Source: Nageia nagi (lineage: Eukaryota > Plantae > Pinophyta). From it: a DNA stretch of 64,000 nt. The position numbers and the translations under genes are program-made. Below, one piece after another: positions 39,201-51,200 of the stretch. The stretch is from contig JBITNC010000001.1 of NCBI GenBank assembly GCA_050084985.1, positions 116,994,001-117,058,000 of the forward strand, read 5' to 3'. Position 1 is the first letter of the stretch. Each line of letters begins with the position of its first letter. The notes beneath the pieces are model-generated. The model did no database searches. It had not been told where the DNA came from and saw only the letters and a program-made list of their open reading frames with translations.

Positions 39201-42200
39201 TTCTGTTGAATTTCCAAACGCTTTATCTCCATCATTATACATCAACTGTTTGTTTTAAAAGTAACAAGTAGAACTAGGTCAAGTTGATCAAATTGGCAAA
39301 ACAATCAAACAAATAATACTTTCTAATTTGTTAAAGAGAATTTTGCCTTCTAAATAAGAGGCTAACCTGTAGGTTCTCCTTGCCTAGACAAAAAAAACCA
39401 TTTGAAAGAACCCTCCTGTTTCTTAGGTGAGAAACGCCAAGCATCTCCCCATTTTTAATAACCTAAATAAGGAGAGAGAAGAAGCAGTTAATCATTATAG
39501 AGATCACATTTCTAGAAGTGTTATATACATTTGAATGCCTTCATTCTAATACATAAAGCAGCTGTATTTCTAGCACATTTTCTTTAAATATCATCGAATT
39601 AAATAACATATTTCCCTGAACTTACAGTTGTATGCCGAATGCCAGTAGACTTTCCAAGTAACTCATGCTCTTTAAGGAATGCATATTCCCCATGAATAGG
39701 TAAGAAATGCTGGGGCTTGACCAGCCTAAGAACTTCTTCCTTCCAAGACAAATCACATAAATGGTAAACATTTGAACCATATTAAAAATATAACCAGCCA
39801 TACAACTTCAAATCTAAAGCATCATGAATACTAAACTAAAGATGTAAAAGAGTATTAAATAAATGAGGAAGTTTCTATTAAACAAGTGAGACTTTCATTG
39901 TAAAGACATCAAACCAAAATACTTAACTAAAGATGAAAACAGAAACATCTGATTTGAAACAATTAAACTGTGTACATCAATCAGTAACATGTTTGAAGCA
40001 TATAAAGAAAATATAGAAAGCTTCCCACCAAATAAAACTCAAAGGATAGAGGAGCTATAGCTCTCTTAACTGAAAAACATGAAGGATTTTGTTTGTTATG
40101 CAATGTATCATATGGATTGGCATCTGATTTCCCATGAGGTTTAACACCATCTTGAGTTTGAAACCAAAGGATGCACAAGTTTTTAGCTATACATAGAAGG
40201 TAATGTGATTTCTTTATGACCACACAGGGGTCTCACCACCTAATTAGCCATTCTAGTTGATCTACTATCTAAAACTCCACATTTATTTTGTATCTTCAAA
40301 GAAAACAAATGGACGCTTGCCATCTAAGCACATCACATGTGAACTATATTATATTTAAATGGTGTAATCTAAGATTCATAACCTACTCCACCTATCACTG
40401 AATGAATAATTTTATGTTCATTATGCTATAATTAGGCTTTTTATTATAATAAATATAAATACAAGGTGATTGTAGGCACTTAAATTTGCATTTCAGTTAT
40501 TCAAAATGTATTTATTTAATCTTGGACCCCCTTGGGGTTATTTTCAAATAACTTATGTGATTTCCTCTAAGTTAGCATTATCTTTATGCACATTGTTCAA
40601 AGTGGCTCCACCTAGGTAAACTCAAAAGCAAATTTGTGAATCCTTTATAAAGCGTTCTTTGGTGTTCACTCCAAATATGATGTAAAGAGGATGAACAAGG
40701 CATTAAAAAAATCATAAGCAATCATCATCATTCAATTTTATCTTCAATCATCACAACAATATTATCAGAGTCATCCAAGTAGTCGATGGAATGAAACGCA
40801 AGCCAAATACGCATTCATGTGATATTCCCAAACCGGGAACTCTAGGAATAGCTCAAAATATTTCTGAAATAATTCTTTAAAATTCCACTAATTCTAAATA
40901 ACTCAAATACACCCTAATCATGCTCATAAAATAATTCTTATCACTCCACAATTATTCTAAAATTAGGATGAATTGTTCTAGCGCATCAAATACTCAAAAT
41001 AACATCATAATCAAGTATGCATCCAATACCAATAGCAAGATCTGAATTACACACAATGAAATGATGTTGGAAAATATATTTAAACTATTGAATAACATAT
41101 CTAACCAAGAGAAATGAGTTACAAACCTCTCAAGAGCACATATGTGACAAAGAATGAGACATCTCAACCAGGGAGACTAGATCTCACGTTAGGAACCCTC
41201 GAATGTGCTCAGATTGACTCAAGAAGTTGTATGTCTAGTAGTTGCCTCTTCAAGAATGCAGATCTGGTAGTGGAAATGTCTCAAGAAACCCCAAGGTGTG
41301 ATGTTTGGGGTAGTCAGCCCTCCTCAGTAGATCAGGAGGTGCACACAAGCTCAACAATGGTGGATCTCAACAATTGTAGTTAGATCCCAAATGGATCTCA
41401 GCAGCAATAGTAGTTGGAGTGAATCCTTAATGGATACCAAGACTCCTCAACAGTGATGGCAATCTTCAAGTAGTAGTCAAAAGACCTTTGAGGAATGCTA
41501 GGCCTCAAAGTAGCAATCAACTAAGGCTTGAGGAATGTCAGACCTCAAGTACCTCCCTTGCGCGCACAAGAGGAATGAAGAGAGCTCATGCCCACAAAAT
41601 GTCAATAAACAAGCATATCCTCCAAATGAGACTCTAATTGCCTTTTATAGGAGGTGTCTCATCCAAAGGGGTTGGTCGACCCAACCTAGACATTTTAATT
41701 CCTCATTGGGGTTACAAAACATTATTAAACTCTCCAAGATGAGGCGTTGAGCCTAATTGACCTATCGAGCCCACCAAACTACAACTTAAGGACTCATTAT
41801 GTCCCATAAGTGAGGCATCACCTTTTAGGAGCATAGATTGAGGTCATTAATTACATTTTTACATTTGATGGTGGAAAATAGCCCAAGACTCCTAAAATAA
41901 AAATCACTCCTAAATCCCTAGAAGAGGGACATCCAACACACTTTTGCACCCAAGATGAATGTTCATCCACATCGGGAAGCCATCAAATGGTGTAGTTACA
42001 TCTAATTGCATAAAAGAACCTCAAATCACAAAGAATGCCTCCCAGAGGAGACGCATCCCACATCATGACGAAGAATAGTTGAGAGTGAACCACTCATGAA
42101 AGGGATCTTGAAAGATGGACATTACAATTCGAGACAAATGGCCTACCCTTTTGGCACTCAAACTCAAAATGCAGACACTCTAGTCTCAAGCCATTGCTCT

Positions 42201-45200
42201 AAATTATATGCATATCAAATCCACCATCACCCTCAACAAGATCATCTTCAAACTTATCATTCTCATAATCGTCTTCTTGGATATCACCCAAATCAAATAG
42301 CCATCGCACTCCTAAGATGATATGAGGACGTCCCTTCAAAGGGTAAATGTAGAAGTCTTCCCTCACCATACAACTCTGCAATCTCACACCAAACCTCTCA
42401 AGTATGTGGTCCACCAATGTGAGCTTCCCATTGGCATTGGAAACTCTGAATCCCTCAAATCCTTTGGTCTTCAGGTTCTTCTTCTCAGCAAAGCCTGCAT
42501 CAATGAAGTTGTGGGATGCTTCTAGGTCAATCAAGACCATCACATCTTGTCCTCCTACTTGTCCCATGATTTTCAAAGTGAGATACTTATTTACTTCATG
42601 CAACAAAGCAATCATGCTTCCCAATGTAACCTTAACCCGAGGTGAATCCTGATCTAGGGTATCTACCCCAATCTCCATATCCGAATCATCTAATTCACCT
42701 TCCGAAAACACCTCTATATAATGCACCTCCCCTTTGCCTTGGCAACGGTGTCCTGGCTCCCAAGTCTTCTTGCAATAAAAGCACTTGCCTTCCTCTCTTT
42801 GAGAGAATTGACCTATAACATGAACAACTCTAAACTCCCAAAGATCACATGAAAGCTCACAAATCACATCTAACAAAGACACAAATCAATCTCACAAAGA
42901 TAACCCAAGATGTAAGTGGTTCTTCCAACTAGGAGTACATCCACTAACTAGATCTCACTTCATTCACAATATGAACTCTTACAAACTTTCTAACCTCAAC
43001 TCCTAAACACTATCATAATTTTACTCCACAAATTGGTGTGTAATCACAAAGAAGGAGCCTTCTATTTATAGGCTAAAATCCCTCTTTGGATCATCCTTTT
43101 ACCCAATGTACAAAAGCATGACATGCACATCCTTTTACCCAAGGGGCATGCTCATGACATGGAGTGTAGGACAAGTTAAATTATCATATTCACTTAAATA
43201 CTTAAGGTATCAAATGATACCCTTAAGTATTAGTGAACTTACATAGAAAATTATTACATAACCTTTACAATAATTCATTATACATTCCAACACTCTTAAC
43301 TTCCTCCGTGTGGTTGCGTCCAACTGATTTGTTCTAGACGGAGGGAAGGGTTTGGCCTTACTAGGCCCTTCTCTATCTGTCATTGGCTTTCGATTGACAA
43401 GGCCCCTGTACATCTGCCTCCCTTGAGGATTTTACCATGGGTTCAAGGTCATACGTTGCCTAGATAGCATCATCAAGACTCTTAGGGGAAGCTACCTTAA
43501 CCATCCTAGCAACGGCTCCATCAACCCTTCAATGAAGAGGAATATCAATCTCTCCTTAGGAATATGGTGGATCATGATGGAAATCCTCAAAAACTATGCC
43601 ACATAATCGTCTTCCGTCCCTAGCTGTCTCAATGATGTCAGATCTCGAAAGTAATCATTTTCCTTCTTCCAGTCAAACCGCTTGACCAACCGTCTAGCAA
43701 ACTCATCAAAAGAGGTGATGAGAGAATGCCCTTGGCTAATCACCCCATGCTGCCACCACTCAAAGACATCTCCCTCAAAATGCAATGAGGCAAAATGAAT
43801 TGCATCCTCCACCATGTTAGGGCTTAGGGTGAAATAGGTTTGCAATTGATGTAACCATTCCCTAATCGTCATCTCATGCTGCAATTCCTTGTCATCCCCT
43901 GAACTACTAGAATTGTGTGGGCAATGTAAATTGCTTCCCTTCAAACCTAAGATCTCCAAGTAGTCGTTGAATTTCACATCTCTCCTCAACCCTAGATCCA
44001 ACATGGAATATTCCCTGAAGATCTGATTCAACTCCAACGGGATAGCAACCCTATTCTTCATCACCTCCCCAGACTTCTAAGCAAACATGGGCTTGGACGG
44101 TTTTGGAATAACCCACTACTCCTCTATCCTATCAACGTCCTCCTCCAGGTATCTCCCTAGGAGGGGGTTTGTAACCAAGGGTGCTCAATGTGAGTGCGAC
44201 CTCAAGAATGTGGCCTCTGGATGTCCCATCGACCCATGGTTGGTTGACTCCTGATCCATCAAACTTCGAGATCTCCTCATGCTCGACTCTTGATCTACCT
44301 AATCCTCCTCATATGGCTCCTCTCTGTCATCTCTGGTATGACATAGGGCTTCTCTGTCACCCCTAGTGTGATATGGGGTCCCCCTCTCATCCCTGATGTG
44401 TCGTGGGACCTCCTGATCATCCCTGATGTGACGTGATGCCTCCTGGTCATCCTTGGCATGATGTGGGGGGATATGTTGCCCCCAGGGCTCTTCATAAACT
44501 TCCAAATGCATGTTCAACTGTTGTTGCATGGACATCATCACTCCAATCATGCTATGGATACTTAAGTGAGCTCGTCAAACTTCCATTCGAGGGTGGATGC
44601 CTGAACCGAAGTCAAACTCCTCCTCCTGGCAATCTGTGGTCTCTCTCTGTGCCTCTCCCTCATCCTCGAATGCTCCTTTATTCGGTATTCCATCCATCCA
44701 AGGCCTTCGTTCCTCCTAGACAGCTCTAGAAGGTGCCTCCTCTGTGTGTGATTTTTCACTTTTCCTAGCAGATGCCATCTCTTTGCGAGTGTTGAATCTA
44801 GTGTAGTAAGGGTGTATTGTCGGTCTCATGCACAAGCTGGCCAGATACAAGCTCTGATACCACTTGTGATGATCCAAAATGCAACTCAAGCTCAAACTAA
44901 CAAATTCGGACCATCAAACCCTGACGTTAGGCCTAGAACATCAAATACAAGTAAACAAACCCTCAAATATGCAACGTAAAGGGTTAGCATTACAATATCA
45001 AACATGCGCCACATTCATTCACCAACGTTTAGCCAATACATGTAATAATCAAGGTACAACCATCCACAATGCCAACGTCTGACTAGAACAAGTATAAACA
45101 AGCAATGATACCCAACACAAGCATAAGATGGACAATACAATATTTAAATGAGATCCAAATGCCCTTGGCAATATATAGAACGATGATGAATACAATACTA

Positions 45201-48200
45201 GGCCCTAGAAGGGCTAACGTTGGCCTCTCAAGAGCCAACTAGGGTACAACACAATATCTACTCTCTCTCTAGAAATACTCTAGAGCCATGGGACAGTACA
45301 CCTCCTCAAAATAAGAATCCTCCCCACCGAAGGGGCCCTCCTCAAATCCTGGATAACCACCGAAGGTAGAAGCAATACCTTGGAATACCATCGGAGGGGC
45401 AAAGGTGCTACACCAGTGTCGTAGACAGACAGGATCCCTCAGCATGAATGCCCTCTAGATGTTGTGCCTAGGAAAGGTTGCTTAGCACCGCTAAGACTTG
45501 TTGTCCTATAGACTGTGTAGAAGTAATTATAATCAATGTATGTCTAGTAATGAGCCTTCAAGGATTAATATAGCCTTCCTTAGGTCCGGATTACACCTCA
45601 AAGTCACCACCCAATCTCCTCATGGCCCAACATTGGCACCTAGGGATCAATCTAAACTCAATGTGGGTATTTGGGCCTCCCTCATGCTCCAAGTGAACCT
45701 AGGAATGCTTGCGTGGGTCTAGAAGGCATGTATGGGCACCTAAGGAGGCAACGTGGGTCTCATGGGCCAACATGGGGGTCTAGAAGTCACCCCATGGCTT
45801 GCACAATTGTCTAGGTGCTCCTAACCTCAACGTTGGGTCATTAAGTGCCACATCGTCCCATACATGTTAAATAAACCTTGGGATTCCCAAAATCATGTCT
45901 CGAGATCTCCAAGTATGACAAATACACCTAATCTAACCTTAGGAGGGAGACGTCCCACTTGGGGCTCACAGTGGGGTTCATTGACCCATTAAGTCTCCTA
46001 TCCTAGGTTACAATTACGAAAGTGCAAATACATAAATAAAGTATACTACAATGAAGAATCTTTCGAACCCACTAACTAAACAAGGGGGACATCACATTCC
46101 TCCATGTTAGATTCAAAGCCATCTTCAATTTCCTTACTACTATTTCCGAAAAGCAAATGTGAAACAATAGTGGCTCTTTCCTCTTTCTTCCCAATATTAT
46201 TACTTTCAACAATACCATTTAAAGTTTCTGAATTACTGTCATAGAAATCAGAACTGCTTGCATACCTTTTCAGGGTGTCAACATGGCTTGTCCAAGATTC
46301 TTCCTTTGCCAATTCTCCTTCTTGTCCAACGTTGGGTGCCCAAGCTCCTTAATGCTCAACGTGGGTGCTAAGCCTCTTCTTGGTTCAACGTTGGGTGCCA
46401 AGCTTTCTTTATGTCCAGCATGGGGTGCCAGACTTCCTCTATGCCCAACGTGTGATGCCAAGACGACTCCTTGTCTATTCTCACCATTGAACCTAGGAAT
46501 CTTATCAATTCCTCTTGATTCCCTCGGAACTCTTCCTTGATATTTGTTGTGCCTGCACAACACACCCCAAAATACAAGATTTTAGGGACCTAATTTTTGC
46601 AAAGGCAATGAGGTGCATTGCCTTGAGATTGGCTTTTGGTGATGGATAGTTCATTATGAAGAGTGCAAACATGATATTAGGGAGGAATTCACGGAGATCA
46701 TGCAACGAAGAAATTGAAGAGTATTGGAGTATCCAATCACCAGTTTTGAAGCCAAAGAACCAGGATCCGAGAGATACCATCGAAGCATGGAGTTTTCGAT
46801 TTAGAATGAGGCCAATGGAGATGGGGTCATTTTTCAAGTTTGCTAGAGTTAAAATCAAAGAGCACATGCCAAAAGAGGACCCCACTACAGACAAGTTTAG
46901 GCTTGGAATTTTTGAATTTCAATCAAGTTTGCTCGTTGGGGAGCTAGGCGTAGGTTTGCATGCTTTTGGTGACATCAAAGGCCAGAAAGCTTATTTAGCA
47001 TGCAAAATGCACCATGCTAAAAAATGATTTCAAGGTTGGATTTGAGTACCCATTTCCATTATAATGAGAACAATGTATTTTGAAATTGGCCGAAAATGAC
47101 CAACACAACCTTGATCAAGTACATCAGTTAGCCAACACACCTTGATCAACTACATCAATCAGCCTAGGCAACCTTGACCAACTACATCAGTTAGCATCAA
47201 ATTTTGATTCGAGGAAATGGAGAATCTAGCACATGGGTTTTGTGTAGAATTGAAAATCATGCAAGAATGGGATTGGACTTTCCAAATTTGGCCAACTTTG
47301 AGGCCCTCTAACCCTAGGTGCACATTTTCAAGCCTATGGAAATCCAATGGAGTGATTTCTAGTGCCTAAAATGAGGAGACAAATTGGATTTTTGCCAAAA
47401 ACCAAGTTTGAGCTCTTAATTGATGGAAAAGACCATTCTAAGACACATTAAACTTAGAATTTTTGCATTTTGAGCAAGGAAAATGCCCCAAATTCCTAGG
47501 TGCACATTTCCAATCTAATGGATGATCCAATGAGGTGAAATTTGGTGCCTAAGTCAAGAATAAAAATGCAAACTTTCAAGGAAATGAGTTTTAAGCACAT
47601 CATTGGAGGGAAAAGGGCATTCTAAGACACTTTAACACTTCAAAATTTTGGTTTTGAGCAAGTCTAATGCCCCAAATGCTAGGGCACACTTTTCCATGTC
47701 TATAGATGATCCAATGGAGTGCAAATGAGGGCCTAAATCAAGGAGGGAAATGGATTTTTGCTCAAAAACCAAATTTGAAGACATCAATGCATGAAGGGGG
47801 CCATTTTAGAAAGGTTTAAACTTTAAAAATTTTGATTTTGAGCAAGGGAAATGCCTCAAATTTTTGGGCACACATTTCCATGCCATTGGAGAATTCAAAG
47901 AAGTGAAAAATGGCACCTACCTTCATGGAGAAAAACCAAAATTTGGGCAAAACTAGATTCCAAGCATGGGGATGGATGAAAGGACTCAATCTAAGCACAA
48001 TTAAACTTTGAATTTCCCTATTTTGACCACATATGGAGGCCCAAAAAGTTAGGCGCAAAAATGAAAGGGTTTGGTGACTTCAAAACTCAATAGAGCATGC
48101 AAAATGCACCAAGCTAAAAAATAATTTTCAAAATGGATTTGAATACCCATTTCCATTATATTGAGGATAGTGTATGTTGAAATTAAGCAAAAATGAGCAA

Positions 48201-51200
48201 TTCAATCAGCTAGAGCACCAAAAGCACGAAGCACCAAAGTAGAGCACTAAAGTCACTTGGAGCACCAAAGTAGAGCACCAAAAGCACTTGGAGTACCATA
48301 GTAGAGCATCAAAGGCACTTGGAGCACCAAAGCACATTTGAGCACCAAATTGGAGCACTTGAGCACCAAATTTGAGCACTAAAGCACATTTTGTCTAAAA
48401 TGATGAAAAACATGAGAAATTCTCAAAATCCATGAAAAAGCTAAAAAATCTTCATTTTTCAAGAAAAAATGAAAAGGTTGAAAGTTAAGGCTCATGTGTA
48501 GAATGCTAAGCTGAGGAGCATCCATCCCCCTTGGAATTTTTGAAGAAAAATGAAATTTGAGCAAGTTATGACCATTTGATCATTTTGGAGGAGAGGGGTT
48601 TTGAAAAAGCTTGAACCACTTCCACTCGACCAGTGTGAACACAGATATTGTGACCAAAAGCACAAACTCAAAATCAAAAACATGGGTATTTTGAGGAATA
48701 CCAAGCTAGGCATCTTTAACCTTGGAGGAATTTTCAAAAGACCAAGCATATACACTTGCAAGAGAAGTCTTTGTTATTTTTCTCCAAAATACAAGCAAAT
48801 GGGCTCAAGATCATCTAACGGCTCTTATATCCACGCAGATGGACCAAATTTCAATGTATATAGCTTATATAGTTGATGGGATGAATATGTTGCTCCCACA
48901 ACTCGAATTGTAATTTTATTTAGTTTTAATTCTAGTCATTTTCGAAAATTTTGTAAATCAGTCAGCCGAGAAAGTTGAGCACTAAAAATTGACTAACCAT
49001 ACTCTCATGATCAATCATCCTTGCAAGTAGAGCACCAAAATTCAGGTGACTTAGTCGTAGAATGCAAACATATAATATTTTAATGTTTTTTATAGAATTA
49101 ATGTTTTTTAGGTAGAATGAAAATTTGGAGAAAAGTTCAAATTTTTTGTAAAGGAAGAAAATTGTGGAAAATTTTCTGTAACTTTTTTGCATGCTAATAC
49201 AAAGTGGTGACTTATTTTCTCAAGTGATTTTGTCATTCATATGGGGATCACTTTTAGGTAGAATGAAAATTTGGAGAAAAGTTCAAATTGTTTGTAAAAC
49301 ATGAAATTATGGAAAAAAATTTGTAACTCTTTCGGATGCTAATACAAAGTGGTGACTTATTTTCTCAAGTGATTTTGTCATTCGTGGAGTGGTGAATGGG
49401 ATTTCTTTTGTGGTTTTCTTTCACAGTTTGAATGTTTTCGTTTCTTTCCTTGAAAACTTTCAAGTTTTAGGAAAAAATATTAGTTCAAATTTGCAAAAAC
49501 ATTTCGAATTGCTTTAAGTTTACTACCTTTTGCCTCTCGCACATTGAAACAAATGTATTATGAAACTATTTCTTTTCTACATCTTATTTGAAGCTTTCAT
49601 TCAAACTTGATTCCAAAAGTGTGTGTTCTACGCTAAGTTCCTTTGATTGCATCGGTCTTGTTCGCAGAATACTAACAATCAATTTCACCTTGTGTTCTAG
49701 ATTCAAAGATAATTGGACAATAGTCATTTACTTTGAACTAGATTGAATGAATGCGAGCTTCATGATTGATTAGAAAATGTCTTATTTTAGACAATGCTTT
49801 GTTGTGACGATCATCTTGTGATCTAACCAGTATTGGATCATTATCACTTTATTTGCTTTCATTTGTTTATTTTTATCTTTCCTACATTCTTTTTTTACAA
49901 AACCAAAGGAACTTTTAATCATAGCAAAACACCTTGTCCCTATAAAAACATGAGTCAACCACCTCTACCTCTATCAAACCAGTTAAGTTCATTCCCCGAA
50001 ACCATATAAAATTGTGCTACTTCAACGGGAACACAAACAAACTTTGGGGTTTCAATCCTTTCAAGAGGAGGTAAGTTACGCTATCTCAAACGGATAGATC
50101 GGAGTGATCTAGGGCTGGTTAAACGTTTCTTCTTAGGGAGTTTCTTTGGAGAAATGCATCTAACTCCTCAATACGTTGTTGCATCTATGTAGTCAATGAT
50201 CTACAGAGATGTATGAGCTGATCATACTTCTTTGTTTCTCTCCATGATGCCAGAGTCTTCAAAACCCTAACTCAAAAACCTGAAACCTTCATATTAAATT
50301 TTTCTAATTAGCCATGATGATAGATCAAGACTTTTTATACCTGGAAACAACCTTCAGATTTGCAAATATATTCTCTAGACCCTAGACAACTTAGTCTAGG
50401 AATTCAAAAAATTTCAAAAAACTATCATTTTGACCACAAAACTGTCCTTTTAAGTGCAGGACCTCCAGATCTACTCGTTCAATTTTCTTCTAACTCGATC
50501 TTAACCTCACACGTTGGCCAAAGCCAACCTCTGATACCACTTGTGATGATCCAAAAATGCAATCTAAAGCACAAACTAGCACATTATAATAATCAAACCC
50601 TAATATCTAGTCTAGGTCATCTAAAAATTACATAAACACTACAAAGCCAACGTTGGAGCAAGGACATCAAATACAAGCATTAACTACACAATAATGCCAA
50701 CATCTGGCTTACACATGCATGAAAGAGTAAATACACCACAACGTTGCATACATAGACAAATGTACAACACAAATATGAGATCCAATGCCCACTAGTTGTA
50801 TGTAAGACAAACAATGCTCAAGATACAATACCAAATTCCTCGAATTGGACGTGGGCCACGCATGCCCAACATGGGCCTAGGAGCCATGCGTGGGGGCTAG
50901 GTGTCATCATGGGCCAACGTGGGGGTCTAGGAGTCTCCCAAGGCTGGTGCATGTATACAAGTGCTCATCCATCCATCTAAGTGCTAAATAGACCTTGAGA
51001 TTTCCACAATCATGATCAGGATCTCCAAGTACATTAAACATCTATTCTAGGCTTGGGAGGAAGACGTCCCACTTGGGGCTCACAATGGGGTCCATTGACC
51101 CATTAAGTCTTCTATCCCAAGTATTAACTTAAAGTACAATGCAATAATAAATATATTACAAAAGGGACATTACATTGGGCATGATGTCTTTAGTTGGGAT

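Larger units (their letters stand above)
40818..46096 (-). mobile_element. Element B: gypsy Gag-protease element; A-family 5' LTR 44865-46096, family-C LTR 40818-42126 at the 3' side
   Basis: Perfect PBS, gag ORFs 44562..44759 and 43594..44064, knuckle [14 protein letters not shown], protease [11 protein letters not shown]; no RT. Confidence 0.85.
46097..51174 (-). mobile_element. Element G remnant: A-family LTR 50542-51174, PBS, leader and an ORF with 30-bp repeats; interrupted by F2
   Basis: TGGTATCAGAG at 50529-50539; TGTGATG..CATTACA; WHPTL-type 10-aa repeats at 46324-46470. Confidence 0.7.

Noticed and set aside
46270-48913. Short ORFs recurring in F1 and F2 as conserved genes
   Set aside because: They recur only because the LTR DNA is repeated; indels between copies break the frames.
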